A stretch of DNA of 64,000 nt from Vicugna vicugna (taxonomy: Eukaryota). Both the position numbers and the translations under genes were made by a program. Positions 13,282 to 26,829 of this stretch are shown one piece after another; position 1 is the first letter of the stretch, and every line of letters begins with the position of its first letter. The notes beneath the pieces were generated by a model. It was given only the letters and a program-made list of their open reading frames with translations. It was not told where the DNA came from and did not search any database. The stretch lies in NCBI GenBank assembly GCA_013265495.1, contig MU058000.1, positions 2,790,001 to 2,854,000 on the forward strand. The letters run 5' to 3'.

Positions 13282-13974
13282 TTCTCATTTTAGTTCATGA
13301 CCTTTGTTTTCATCAATATGCTAGAGGTTTCTACGTTAACAGTCATCAAAAATGACCACATCCAAAAGAAATCTACTCAGATGTGTTTTTATTTAGACAT
13401 TTCTAGTGATCTAACATATTCTGTCCTTTCTGCAAAATATCTCAGTGATGCCCTTGGTTTCCCGTTGCCTCTTCCTTCATCCTATTTAGAATAGTAACTA
13501 CCTCCACGGTTGATTATCATCTCGTCCATTATGCCCAGTATTTCTCCAACCCAAACCATTCTTTCTCTGAAGCTTTTTCCATTATTCAGGTAGGTTTGAT
13601 TGCTATTCATGGTCGACAGTGAAGGGGCTCTCCATCTGCCCCTCCTGCCTTTTAGTGTTATATTTCATAAAAATCTAGTTACAGCTACTGTGATCTAGTC
13701 ACATTGGACATTTACAAATCATTATGTCCCTTAAACCTCAATGCATTTTAATGATATTTTATTTTACCTGAAATATACCTTTAAAATTTTTAGGCAGTCC
13801 TTCGATTCTAATACAAATATTGACTGATGATTCATGGAACTAAGATAAGGGAAAAATTAATTTTGACTAAGGATATTGGCAAAAGCTTCACAGAAGAAGT
13901 GGTATTTATTACAATCCTTTCTGCAAGCAATGTGACTTGCATTATATCATACAAATTTTATCTGTCTATCTAAC

Positions 13975-14499
13975 TGTGATGGTTAATTTAATGTGTCAGC
14001 TCGGGGTTGGGGAGGGGATCAAAAAATGCCCAGGTATTTTGCAAACATTATTTCTGAATGTGTTTGTGAGGATGGTTCCGGGTGAAATAAACATTTGTAT
14101 CAACAACTGCATAAGCAGTTTGTTCTCCCTAACATGGATGGGCATCAGCCAATCTGTTGAGGGCTTGAATGAAACAAAAAAGCTACAAGAGGAAGAGTGT
14201 AGATCTTCTTACTTGATGGCTTGATCTGGGACACCTATCTCCTCCCACCGTCCTCACTTCTGCTTTCAGGACTTCAGACCCAGACTGAAATCTAGTCCAT
14301 TGGCTCCCATGTTTTCAAGACCTTAGATTTGGACTGAATTGCCCCACCAGCTTTCCTGGGTCCTGCACATCTCCAATTTGCAGATGGCAGATTGTGGGAC
14401 TTAGTGTCTGTAATTCCACAAGCCAATTCCCTGTAACAAGTTTCATATATACACACCTTCCTATTGGTTCTGTTTATCTGAAGAACCCTGACTTGGACA
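13975..14499 (+). mobile_element. ERVL solo LTR, MLT2-like
   Basis: It starts tgtgatggttaatttaatgtgtcagct, contains gggcatcagccaatctgttgagggcttgaat and ends cctattggttctgtttatctgaagaaccctgact..aca. Confidence 0.85.
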
Positions 14500-15819
14500 C
14501 TATTTCTCTCTCGTCATCCCAAGTCGATTGGGAAATCACTGAGGGAACAATCTTGCTATTTTCAACTTTATATCTCTTTGACTCACACTGTACCCAAAAG
14601 AAACATCTTTAAATGAATGTTTTATAACTGTTTGAACTGAAGTGAATCTCTGTTATCCTATCCACATCTCTATTTTCTTTGCCAGCTACTCCCCAAACAC
14701 CTACTTAATGAGTCTTTCAAGAATCCTTGAAATACTAACAACAAGATTACTGGTTTATGAGGTTCAAAATTAATCTCTAACTGCTTTATTAAGATTTGGT
14801 ATATTTGCTTATCTCTGGCATTTGATAATGTCTTGAAATGCTGACAGTGTATCAGTAATCCTAGCCACAGATTATTTTAGTACGTAATTGGCTCTTGAAG
14901 TCTGAACTCATTAGCGATACCTGTTGCTCTCTTACAAACATCTCTCTAATCTTGGGATTAGTTTCCTCTTAAGTACTTGATTTACCTTTCTCATTATGAG
15001 GACCATTCTCTCCAAAGGGATAGAGATTTGAAAAGTCAGAGATAAGCAGTGCTGTCTTCTCTACGGAATCTTTTTATTCTTCATGTGGCCCCAAGGCAAT
15101 GATTCTCCTCATATCGTATCTTTTTCTCACCACCTCTGTCCTCTTCTCAAACTGCTTACATCGCTTCATTTGTCTGTAAAGAGCTTATGCTTCTAGCCCA
15201 GCAGTTCATATCTTTAAGACAAGATTTCATCCCTCCCTGAAACAAGGATTTCACCTTCTGCTTCATTTGTATCTCTTCCTTCCTCTATAGTTCCCTTCCA
15301 AAGTGTCTAGCTGCTTCGAAGACAATGTTTATTATTTTACTCTATAAATCAAATCTATGATAGCACTTGTTTTTTCTGCTTTTATTGTCTTTAATGTGGT
15401 GATTATTATTCAGACTTGATAGAGTTTGTATTCTGTTTTTAAGTATTGCAAAGACACTTTGGGAAATTGTAATATACATACACAAGAGTTGGTTAAAATA
15501 ATGTGGGGTTAAGATCTTTTTAAGAAAATATACTCGAATCTTAGTGATATATTTTGATTGTAAATAATACAAAAAATATAGAAACAAAAAGATATGACCA
15601 ATATTAACCCTTTGGTATATATTTTCCAAGTAATATATATAAATGTGTGCACAGTTTTATATACATATATGAATTTACATACATATTTTACATTGGTGGT
15701 ACTGTGTATAATTCATACATATTTCTGCAGAGCACTTTTATTTGACAATATAAAATATATTGCAAACGTTATGCATTGTTAGCTAAAATATGTACCTCCT
15801 CCAGTTTTAAGATAATTTA

Positions 15820-16100
15820 CTTTTTAAATTACTTAATAAAACCAACTCTTTTTAGTGTACAATTATATACATTTTAACACAGGTAAAGATTTAGTGATGC
15901 CACAACAATCAGGACACAAAGCACTTCCGTCACCTTACAATGCTCTCTCATGCTTCTCGGTGTAGTTAGACCCCACCCCCATCCCTAACTCCTGGCAAAC
16001 ACTGCTGTGGTCTCTACCACTACAGCTTTGTGTTATCAAGAAGAGCGTTCAAACGGAAACACACAGAATTTTGAGACTGTCTTCTTTCACTCAGTAAAGT
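15820..16100 (-). mobile_element. Ancient L1M 3'-end fragment
   Basis: agtgtacaatt...ccacaacaatcaggaca...ccccatccctaactcctggcaaacactg...cttctttcactcag is an antisense old L1 3' UTR. Confidence 0.7.
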
Positions 16101-17261
16101 CTATAAAGAGCACACAGACTAGTTATTTAAGAACTCGAAAAATAAAAAAAAAAAAAACAGGCGAAGATCAGGATTCAGGTACCACCAGCCTGGTGTGGGT
16201 TTTTTTTTTTTTTCCATTCATCTTTCATGTGCTCTAATTTAAACAGAGGCAGCCAGATACCCATATGCAGAGCTTTGTGTCGTGCGGCAATGTGCCTTGT
16301 TAGTGTGTGTGTGTGTGAGGGAGGTGGTGCATGGGTGGCAAAGAACTACCCTTCTTCATAAAAGAGTTAAAGAACTAGTGGAGTCCAGAGAGTTTGAAAA
16401 TTTAAGGATAACTTTAAAGTAAACTTTATTTTTATTCCTCTGGTGTTCTTAAAGACATAAGAAGATATCTAGAAACATGAACTGCATTGTATTTTCAATC
16501 CTACCGGTAACCTTTTCAACCTAACCATCAGACACCATCACCAAACAGCATAGAGAGATCTTCTAAAGCCTGTAATTGACATTTAATGCTTAATGTGTAA
16601 TGATCACATAGTCGTCCTGAAACAAAGGCAAAGTTGTGGCTTTCATTTTGGTATCACACTCAAAAAATCATTCCCTCCATCAGCTCGCTTCCCTGGCATT
16701 CAGAACCTTCTATTGGGGGAGGGGACTGCCTTTCTACTCACTTCATTGCAAGACAGGCACCTCCCATGTTGGCTGTGAGGACATTTTTTGCTTCCACTTT
16801 GCAGTACTTGTATGGCAGCAAGTAAATGGTTTCTTCCAGTAACGCTAGAAAGTTTGCAGTGGTTCACCTAATTGCACAATTTGGCACACTCAAGTTGGCA
16901 GTTGATTTTCTTGACATACATTTTCTCCAAACTACCACAGTAAACTGGAGGGGAAAATCCCCGTTCAGCTTTGGGTATGGAAACTCAGCTGCCAGATACC
17001 AAGGCCCTTATGCCAAGACATTCAGCTAATCCCAAGCTCAGCTTGGCTTTGCATCCTTTTCTAGGGAGGGCAGCATGAAATGCACCCAATGTATTTATAG
17101 GCTGGACTGATTTACTATCAAAAATTTTCCATAATGTTGTCTTTAAAGTGATACAAAATTTTTTTTTTAAATGAAAATGACTTTTCCTTTAGAATTCCCT
17201 AAGTCAAGGGAAATGTTCATATGGTTCTGCTGACTGTAGTTTCGCCATGATTAAAAATAAA

Positions 17262-17330
17262 CAGAAACTGACACAACATGGTAAACTGACTATACTTCAA
17301 TTAAAAAAATGGAAAAAAATAAATTAAAAA
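17262..17330 (+). mobile_element. Very short L1 3' end
   Basis: cagaaactgacacaacatggtaaactgactatacttcaattaaaaaaa followed by an A-rich tail. Confidence 0.8.
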
Positions 17331-18779
17331 ATTTAACACATATCAAAGAGTAACAGACTAGCAAATATCACTAGGGAGAAAGTTAGCCTGGGGCTTCTCA
17401 TCACAGAATAATTGCTCTTCTTGAGTCAAAGATGCCACGTTTACCTTCATTTTCCGGCATGACTGATCACACACCTTCCAGCTTCAACTAAAACCAGGCT
17501 TTGACTAGAGTAACAGTGACATTACCTATAATGCTGGAATTTTTAGAAAAAAAATGTTTTTTCACTGAAAATATTCTGTACCAGGCCATGGCAATTATTA
17601 CTCTGTTTATTTTACCCTTGAGAAAAATGTAACCAAATTAACCTAAGTGATGTCTTGGAAATTACTCATATCTGAGCACCGCTTTGTTCCGGATACTCTC
17701 TGCAACCTTCCATAACTTCTTCCATTCATAGTTGGGTTGAGACTGACTTCGAAGAAAAGTCAAATTTCAGTCTTGCACACCGAATTCGAAACCATATTGA
17801 AAACAAATGTGACCATTTGCTAGAATAACAACCCGGTGTTATTTTTTCCATATGCATTTTCCTCTCTAATTTTCCCTTATTCTTCTATCCGTAAAGCCTG
17901 CAGTTTGCCATGTCTGACTTTATTAAGCATATAAAAAGCCTGCCTCGGTTTCGTGAAATGAAAATTTAGAACGTTGCACAGGTGGCTGTGGAGATGCCAG
18001 AAACCTAACACAGGGCTGGTCCCAGAATTGGGAGGACTGACTTCTGTGATGTGAAAGCCTCTAGGAAATACCATTCTTTTCTTTCAGAAAACGCACTGAA
18101 GCATATGTGAGATGGAAAAAGAATTACTTTCCCTCTGACCGTTTTGCATATCAACAGAGATGACGATAAAATTACAAAGACGGCATTTTTGCATTGATGC
18201 CAAAACTCCAGTATTGATCTTCCAACATCCATAATTGTTCTCAGAGCCCTCATTCTGCAAGCCCCCTGACCCCAAGTTCTACAGAAACGTGCTTCTTCTC
18301 ACATGGCTGTGAATCCTAAGTGAGGTGCAAACTAGTCTTCGCAAACATGTTTGCTGACCCTTAAGGGATGTGTGTTTAATAATAAGTCACTTCCAATGTC
18401 TGTGAAAATCGTCCAAAAGCTGAGGGGGTGCACACTGAGTAATTCGTATAAAGCAGGCTTCACTAGTCTGTGTTTACAAAATAATGTCATTTTTACCTTT
18501 TCTGAGTGACCTCCTTTTTGTCATCAGGGCTGCGCTTTTAAAAAGACTGAAAATTAGGATTTCCCAGCATGTCTTGCAGTTGTTGACAAGATCTTCCTCG
18601 TTTGCTCCCACAACCGAGTCCATCAGCTGAAATCCACCCTTGGTATCCAGTCTATTCTTCACTCCCTGCCTCACATGGTCCACTCAATGCTCAAGAATGT
18701 CCAAGCAAAAGGTACCCATCCAGGTACTTCCACCAAGAATTGTCCTGAGCATGGCAAGACATGTTTGATTCCATGCAAA

Positions 18780-19237
18780 TGTTACCAACCAAGAGCTCAT
18801 TGCACATAGAAGCCAGTAGCATGGCACTGGCTATTAAGAAAGAGCTTTATTGTGAGGTCAGTTGTCAAGGAGATAAGAGGCAGGGCTCAAATCTATCTCC
18901 CTGATCCAGGGGTTGGGGTGACATTTAAAGCATCAGGGGAATTTCAAACTTGGATAGTCTTGAATTAGTCCAGCAAGTTACTCGTGCTACTGGAAGCCAG
19001 ATTTTCTTACTGAAGAACTTCTTGCTTCCTACAGGGATCCTGTGACAATATTTCTACCCTTTGAATTCCCTAGAGTAAAGATTCTTCGTTCCGGGGATAT
19101 CCTGGAGATATGGGTTCCCATCTTGCGCATGTGCAGTGCTGTCTCTGTAAAATAACTCCAGGTTTGATTAATCAACCAACGAATTTAAGGCGGCAAAACA
19201 GTTTAAGCTGGCAATCCATGTTTCACTCTCTGTTTCA
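18780..19237 (-). mobile_element. ERV1-type solo LTR
   Basis: It has TG...CA termini (tgttacc...tgtttca), a minus-strand AATAAA (tttatt at ~18847) about 70 bp from the 3' end, and near-matching 4 bp flanks caaa/taaa. Confidence 0.65.
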
Positions 19238-19778
19238 TAAAGCTAAGGGAAAAAAGCTTCCTCTCCAACTCTGTGCAACATATTGTTACCTATGACTTGA
19301 AACAGTTCGCATCCTTCCCAAAGATTCTCAAAATCCCTTTTAAACAGTTGTATAAAGGCTAGCTCTCAACTCCTAAGACTAGACATCCAATGAAGAACAT
19401 TTTAACATAAACATAGTATTGAATAAAAATATACAATTTTGTTACATTAACATCACTCAAATCAAGACTGAATATGCTTACGTTAATATACTTCTATCAC
19501 TTATCTAAAAACTATAATGTGAAGAAAACAGGAAAAAAAAGTAAAATATGGACCAGAAGTAAAAACCAAAATCATGAGATGGATGCCCTTCAGAAAGTGG
19601 GAGAGGAGAACACATCTGAGGGTTACAGGCAAAGAGTACAGCACTTTAATGTTTTATTTCTTAAAATGACATCAGTAGTGGCACCTTTTAACCAATATGT
19701 CTAAATGCTAAAGAGAGTTCATTTGACTTTCGTTTTCAGGAGAGCAATAAATATGACTTAGTGAGCTCTGCAGATGCA

Positions 19779-19935
19779 GTGCCTGGGGTTCAGTATCACT
19801 CTGAACATTCAGTAGCTGTGTGACTCTGAATTAGGTATTTAACCTCCCTGAGCCTAATATGTAAAATGGAGACTATACTAGTACCTGCTTCATAGGAACC
19901 ATGAGCGCATTGATCGTATGTGTTAAAAATGTGAG
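19779..19935 (+). mobile_element. MIR SINE
   Basis: tagctgtgtgactctg...atttaacctccctgagcct...tgtaaaatggaga...tagtacctgcttcatagg is the MIR core. Confidence 0.75.
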
Positions 19936-20503
19936 CAAATGACAAAACTCTTCTTGCACTTGAAGTGCCTTTTTGGGATTGGTAACGTGGTTTGCTTGTG
20001 AGATTCACGGATCAGTGGAGTTCTTTCTTAGGAGAATGTAGTGGGTTTTAGCTACACATACCTTCTGTGTTTTGAAGACAAAACATGTGAGTTGAAATTC
20101 AGCTGCTCATGCTGTCATAATTAGAGAGAATCTCAGTATTGCTAGAGAAATATTTCTTGCTGTTTTTCAGTCTTAACAGGAATCAGGAGATGCTGCAAAG
20201 GTAGCGAACACGTCATTCTTATGAGTTTTTCTTTTTAATCATGCTCATTCAAGAGCACATTTTCATGCTTTTTATGTGTACGACCTGACTCCCAATGCTG
20301 AACTATGGGTTTTGTCTAGTGCCACCAAGCTCACCCACCTGCTCTCCTTAAAGCAAACAAAGACATGCTCACAAAAGGATGGTTTACTTGGAAGCACAGT
20401 TTCTGATCTCATGTTACTGAAATTACGTTGGAAAAAATTTGTCAAAAAGCAGAGGCAAGAGATCACTGAAACAGTAGAAACATACTAATTAAAAAGCAAC
20501 CCT

Positions 20504-20706
20504 TGGGATTTGCAGATACTGACTACTATGTATAAAATAAACAGTAACGTCCGACTGTCTAGCACAGGGAACTTATTCAACACCTTGTCATAGCTTATAA
20601 TGAAAAAGACTATGAAAATTAATATATATGTATGTATAATGGAATCACTATGCTGTACATCAGAAATTAACACAACATTGTAAACCAACTATACTTCAAT
20701 TAAAAG
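20504..20706 (+). mobile_element. 5'-truncated lineage-specific L1 3' end with perfect 13 bp TSD
   Basis: The TSD aaaaagcaaccct lies at 20491-20503 and 20707-20719, with an endonuclease-type TT|AAAA site on the left. The insert ends tatacttcaattaaaag. Confidence 0.9.
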
Positions 20707-21699
20707 AAAAAGCAACCCTGTCATTTGGGAAACCTGGATGCACTTGAATAAGTCATATTATTCATATTTGGGATCATGGAGGTTTCCCAGTATATAAATC
20801 ATTTAAAGTAGTGTTGTCAAGGATCCCATTAGTTAGCTTCAAACACCTGATCAGTAGTTTTCTAGTAATCTAAAACACCCATGCAGTCATGTTCAGTAAT
20901 TCAAATTCACCAAAATTAGAGATGGATTGATTTGATGGCACAATCAGAAAGAAAGATTGAGAAAGAGGGAGAACGGAAGAAATGGAGAGAGCAAGAGAGA
21001 GAAAGAAAAAAACAGGAAGTAGAGGAAAGTGGAAAAAAAACAGCCCTCAGGACTTATGTAGAAGACACATGTGCAAGATGATAAGGGAAATTTATTTCAA
21101 CATGGCACTGAGAGAAAACTGTGAAGAAATAGGACGCTTAAAAGAAAAAAGAAATTAAAAAAAAATTAGGAATAGGCAAGTCAGTATATGAAATATGACA
21201 GTGGGCAATGTGAAATGCTACAGAAAATAAACCATTTTGCATTCTCAGTCACCCAGAAAAACAGCAAAATTAGGAATCTGTGGAATCGGGACCCCAAATA
21301 GAAGTAATGGCTTCCAAGAGTTATACTTGTAAAGTCAATGTAAATTGGCCTCTGTTAAATATGTGGGGATGGATATTTCCCAAGCCATGGCTATGAAATG
21401 AAAAGCAAAGTCAACTCTGGCAGAGTTCACTGGCTAGGATTTTGAAGAGAGACTGCATTAACGAAAGAAGGTGATTTATGAGCAGTTTTGAAAACACTGA
21501 ATCACTGAAGGAGTATTTGGTAGCTTCCATTCTCTCTTTCCAAGGGGGAGAACTCCTGCCATGACAAAGACAATGGTAGGCTGGGCACGGGGTGAAATAT
21601 TTCTCAAGCCTCTCCAAAGAGTTTTTTGTTTTGTTTTGTTTTGGTTTTTTTTGATACAAGGAAGACAATAAATTGGTATATCTTAAGGTGAAATAGTTC

Positions 21700-22830
21700 T
21701 TTTTTCCTTCTTCTGTAGTTAGTATTGGCAAAATAAATGAGAAATCTCTAAAAAACACAGTGAAATAAATGGTCATTATGTCTGTCACCATCCAGAAATA
21801 ATCACTAAGAACATTTTCTTTATCTTTCCAGTTTTTTCTATTGTGTATACGTGCTTCCTACGATATATATTTTACACAAAGAAACAATATTATATTCCTT
21901 GCTTTCTGATTTAGCTCTAGGTACTTTTTACATTTTCAAATGATTTTCCTAAAACATTATAAAAATCAGGAATGTATAATAAGATCCCATGTACCAAGGC
22001 TTCAACAATTATCAGATTAATCATGTTTTATCCACACTCCACCTACTCACCTCCATCCCCAAGCTATAATCATTATGAAAAAATCCCAAATATTCTGTCA
22101 GTTTATCTGAAAATATCTCTATAGATACAGATTCCTTTTTAAAAACATAACAATATTATTCTCTCTTCTAGCAAGTGAATTAAAATTCCTTAATATAATC
22201 AAACATCATTCAATGTTTTTCTTTTTGTTCTTTATTTTTATCATGGTCTTAATTAGTCTCATATTGGATAATAGATCTCTTAAATTCTTTTTAATTTACT
22301 TAATCCTACTCCCTCATTCCTTTTTTCCTTCCAATTTATTTGTAGACAAGACTGGATTTTGCTGAGTCTATCCCTGTGGTGTTATTCAATATGTTCTCTA
22401 GGCCTTGTATTTCCAATAAATTGAAATTCAAATCCAGAGAATCAACCAGGTTGTATAGAAATTTTCCCTACAATCATATTGATGGATATTTCAATTACTT
22501 TATCATTTTCTGTTACTGTTAAACATTAATGTAATGAAATTCCTGATGCATTTACCTTTGTACATTCATCTGATTAGTTACTTAAGTACATTCTTAGAAG
22601 TTTTCTTGTAGAACCAAAAGGCACACACTTTTTAAACATTTGTTGATGCGTATTGTCAAATTGGCCTTCAGAAAAGTTAGGGTACTTTTGAATGAATCAC
22701 ACTTGACCTAGCTGAGGATCTATTTCCTCACATTATTAAAAATAATAAACTATGGCTGTTTCAAAGTATTTTCCGACTGAGAGGAATTCTTTCTTCATTA
22801 ACTTGCATTTTTGTTATTGGTGAGTTTGAC
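21700..22830 (-). mobile_element. Degraded ancient L1M (L1MC/ME-like) fragments
   Basis: Antisense old-L1 3' UTR motifs are present (cccatgtacc..gcttcaacaattatca; tattgtcaaattggccttcagaaaag). The sequence is heavily diverged. Confidence 0.5.
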
Positions 22831-23897
22831 CAACTTTCAATATGATTATGATGTCATGTAAAATCAATAAATTGAAATATTGATTCCTGTATTTGTCCTT
22901 TGTACGATGATTAACGCGAATCGGTCACTGACAGCCTGATGAAATTGGATGTGTTAAAACGGCAGAGGGTCTTATAAGTTCCAGTAAACTTAAGACCAGG
23001 TTCTGGTACACGGGGATATGATTACATCACAGGTACTGCACTTGCGTCCTTGACCTCTTTTCTTACTTTAATATGAACGCTATGGAAGTGAAATAAGAAA
23101 AGAAAACCTTAATATGACTTATGAAGGTATGTCTTTAATTCTATAAATTAGAATTATAGAATTCTAAGCAATTCATAGAAAATGCAAAGCCTGGTGATTT
23201 GTTTTTTTTTTTTTCCCTCCCAGACTAATCTTTATAATTTTTTTTCTTTCTTATTAACCAAAAGACCTCAAAGCTTTATGATTTTTCATTATTCTTAAAA
23301 AAATCTCAAGTGCTTCAATTGGAATATAATTTGCTTTACTCAGCTTTGTCTTTGTGTCTGAGAGAGAATGTATTTCTTCATAAAATTCCCATGTAGCTGG
23401 AGTGGCCTTGAGTATAGCTTCAGGATGTGATCATTCTCACTCTTTCAGGGAATTTTCCCAGCAGAGCATCTTCCCTTGTTGAATTTCATATCCTTTCACG
23501 GCCTAGAGGGATATTGTCAGGATAATATATTAGTCTATTTCATATTATCACCTTGGAGTCTCGCTCTTCTTTTGGTATTTTTCTGACAAATTAGCAGTTA
23601 ATATAAGACAGCAGCAGAAACTACAGGGAATTTTTCTGTTTTCATTTATCTAATCAGTTTGAAATCAATTGAAGAATTATTTTAGAAAATAAAGTTCTTT
23701 TCTATTAATTTACATGTTCAGCATTTAACAAGTAAGTTTTGTGCTTGGGTGAAAAAGCAATGTCTACAAGACAATTCACTCCAAGATGTGTATGGTGCCC
23801 CTTTTACACAATAGTCATGAAATACACAACATGGATGGAAAAAGCAACGCAGTGCAGTATTAGTCTTGTGCCTTGGAGACAGGGAGATGTTCGCCAA

Positions 23898-24384
23898 TGT
23901 TCTAGGTTGAATTGTATCCAACCTCCCCTAAATAATGCTTGATTGAAGTCCTAAATCCTCAGTACTTGTGTTTATGTCCTTGTTCGGAAATGGGGTCTTA
24001 GCTGATTTAAAAAAGTTAACATGAGATCTTTAGACTGGACTCTAGTCCAATATGACTGATATTCTCATGTAAACAGGGGGATTTGGACACAGACGTGGAT
24101 GCAGAGGGAGATTCCATGTGAAGACACAGAGAGAAGACAGACAGACTTGTGACGATGCGGGCAGAGATTGGAGTCAAGCGGCCAGAAATCAAGGGATGCC
24201 CGCGGCTACCCAAAGCCGGAAGAGGCAAGGAAGCACCCTCCCCTGGAGGCTCAGACGGGGCGTGGCCCTGCCAGTACCTTGATCTTGGATCGATAGCCTG
24301 CAGAACCGTGAGACATACATTTCTGTTGTCTGATACCACCCAGTTTGTGGTACTTTGTTCAGGCAGCCCCAGCAGTTTAATACA
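23898..24384 (+). mobile_element. MaLR solo LTR, MLT1C-like
   Basis: It starts tgttctaggttgaattgt, contains gaagtcctaa, gcagagattggagt and ggaagaggcaaggaa, and ends ccacccagtttgtggtactttgtt..gcagccc...taataca. Confidence 0.85.
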
Positions 24385-25599
24385 GTAACTACAGCTGGTA
24401 ACATGGAGAGGACAAGGCTGGACTAGAAGTGGGAGGCCAGGGTTTGGGGACTGATCTTCAGCATAAAAGGTAGTGACGCAAACATCACCTTCTTCAAGAA
24501 GGACTCTTTGATTCCTCCTCGGACTATTTGGAAACACGCGCTATAGATCTCCCTGGCATAGTGTAAGTTCCCTGTTACAGATATAGGAACATTTATTACA
24601 AACACTTAATGTCTTTTCTAACCATCTGTGTCCCACTATGAATTCTGTGAGAACAAGGACCAGTTTTATTTACTTTTTCCTTGTTTTTTCTGTTGATGTG
24701 AAGGAGCCTGTCGGTATTGTGTAGTGTCTTCCAAATAAGATAAAAATGTACCTTCGTTTTCCCATTCACACACACACACACACACTTATGGACACATAAA
24801 ATGAGTAAAATATATACACACAGAATGCCATCAAATTAACCAAAGATTATGCCTCCACATGAAATCCGCTTTCCATATAATTGTCAACTGGCTGCAGCCT
24901 TGTCTCCATAAATGGACTCACTCAAAAACAGTGTGAAAATTCTGTACCAAGGGAGTAATTATTATTTCCCTGGTTAAAATCACTACAAGGTAAAAGGATT
25001 GTAGGAGACTTGATTTCCAATTAAATCAGCAAATAAAAGTATGATTATTCAATTATATTGTTACTAGAAACTTGAAACCTACTTTTTGTCCTGAATAAAA
25101 GTGTAAGAAATAAAACAAGTTAGTCACTCATGGAGTGTGAAGAGTCATTCTGTTATTAATCTATCTCATATTTCAAAAATTGCCTTATTCTTTCCAAGAA
25201 ATTTGAGTTTCTACCTATGTTATACATAGGTATCTAGCAAGATACTTCTCTTTTCACACTTTTGATTTTGTAAGACTCGTAAGGTTTCCCTAAGGGTACC
25301 CTCGCTGAGCTGTCTGCCCTTCCCGCATTTTATTATAACTGCTGTGCATGGATTCAATTAGCAGTAGATAATAGGTCCATAAAATAGCATTAAGACAGCT
25401 GTTTATTCCATCATTTTATTTTCCCCAATAAAGATTTCACATTTAAGCCTTTTTTTTGCATTAACAAATAAATAAATAAGAATTAACCAGGCTTTCCAAA
25501 GCATTGGAATAAAATGGAAGACAATTTTAAAAACAAATAAAGATTAAAATCTTAAATCACACAGTTTACAACCATTGTTAACCCACTGTATTGTTAAAA

Positions 25600-26130
25600 C
25601 AGGGCTTCACTTCGTTGCCTGTTGAGGAGCTCTTCATTTCCAGCTAGCCTTCGGCGGGATGGGAGGTACTTCAGCCTTTGGTAGTGAGCGCCAGCAATGA
25701 AGTGCTTAATCCTGAACTCCGCGCAGTGACCGCCTCGTGGTTCCAGCGTCATATCTGGGACAAGATATATCAGTGATTAGAGAGTTGCCCGGGAGACTCT
25801 CCAGTCCTGCCAGGTTGTCAGTGATGATGACTGAGGTCCGTGAAAGCGGAGTACGCCTGGACTCCCAGGAGCAGCTGTCACCAATACAGAGAAGCCAAAA
25901 GGAATTCCTTCCAACCAAATCCCTTATCAGAAATTTCCTTCAATTCCAATGATACAGTCTATCTCGCAATTTACAATGACATGGCGGTTCTTTACACTGA
26001 TAACCTACCGTTGCTTTTCTTAGAAACCAAAAAGCTCTCTGCATCTGCCAAGATGTCCTTAAGAAAGCTACGCTTCTCATTCTCTTATTGCTCTCTCATG
26101 GGTTCCTCTCGGATTGTTCACGTTTAATAG
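25600..26130. promoter_or_regulatory. Candidate conserved non-coding/enhancer element
   Basis: Unique non-repeat sequence with about 13 CpGs in 25610-25860, far above the flanks. It has TALE-type TGTCA sites and TAATC and GATA motifs, and no recognisable ORF. Confidence 0.4.
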
Positions 26131-26394
26131 AAATGAGTGGTGATAAATCATCGTGAAATAACCCTGTCCCTGGTGTTTCTTTATGTGACTCTCAACTTCC
26201 ATTGATAAGAGTAAATCATTCATTTAGTGCCTGATCCCTGTCTTCTGCCATGGTTTTAGTCCTGCCTTTTTAGTTTTTTAACTTTGCAGTTTTTATTTTG
26301 AACTTCACTGTTAGCTTTTAGAGGAACAACTAAAAACGACACAGAAGTTCTTTAATAGAATGAAGGACATGATTAAGAATCTTTGATATATATT

Positions 26395-26460
26395 ATATAT
26401 AGTTTAACAACTATATATAATTATATAAACTATATATAAATATATATAAATATATATAAA
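26395..26460. repeat. AT-rich (TA)n-derived low-complexity repeat
   Basis: tatatatagtttaacaactatatataattatataaactatatataaatatatataaatatatataaa seen directly. Confidence 0.85.
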
Positions 26461-26829
26461 AGATCTTTGCCCTCCACTGTGACATCCTTCATTGTCATGG
26501 ATAACTGAGAGTTGATTTTTTATGGATTAGTGCTGGGCTAGGCCCCAGGAAGGATTAGTTCCACTAGATTAATGTGCTTTTATTTTTTTCTCCTCGTGAA
26601 GCCAACCTGAACGGTCACAGCAGTCAGGGAGTTCCCATAGTCCTTGGTTGCATCTTTCCTGAGCAGAAAGGCCAGGAGAGCATCCAGGATAGGATAGACA
26701 TGTTCTAAAGATTCTTGGAGGGCAAAGTAAGCACATGTTGGCAAACCCTGGGGGAACCTGAAATCAAAAACAAACTGGGGGTTTGACTTTGAGTTCCTAC
26801 GAACAGTTGTGCAATCTGCTTCATTAAGA

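Noticed and set aside
24016..24537. Longest ORF (173 aa, minus)
   Set aside because: It lies mostly antisense within an MLT1C-like LTR and is a chance open frame.
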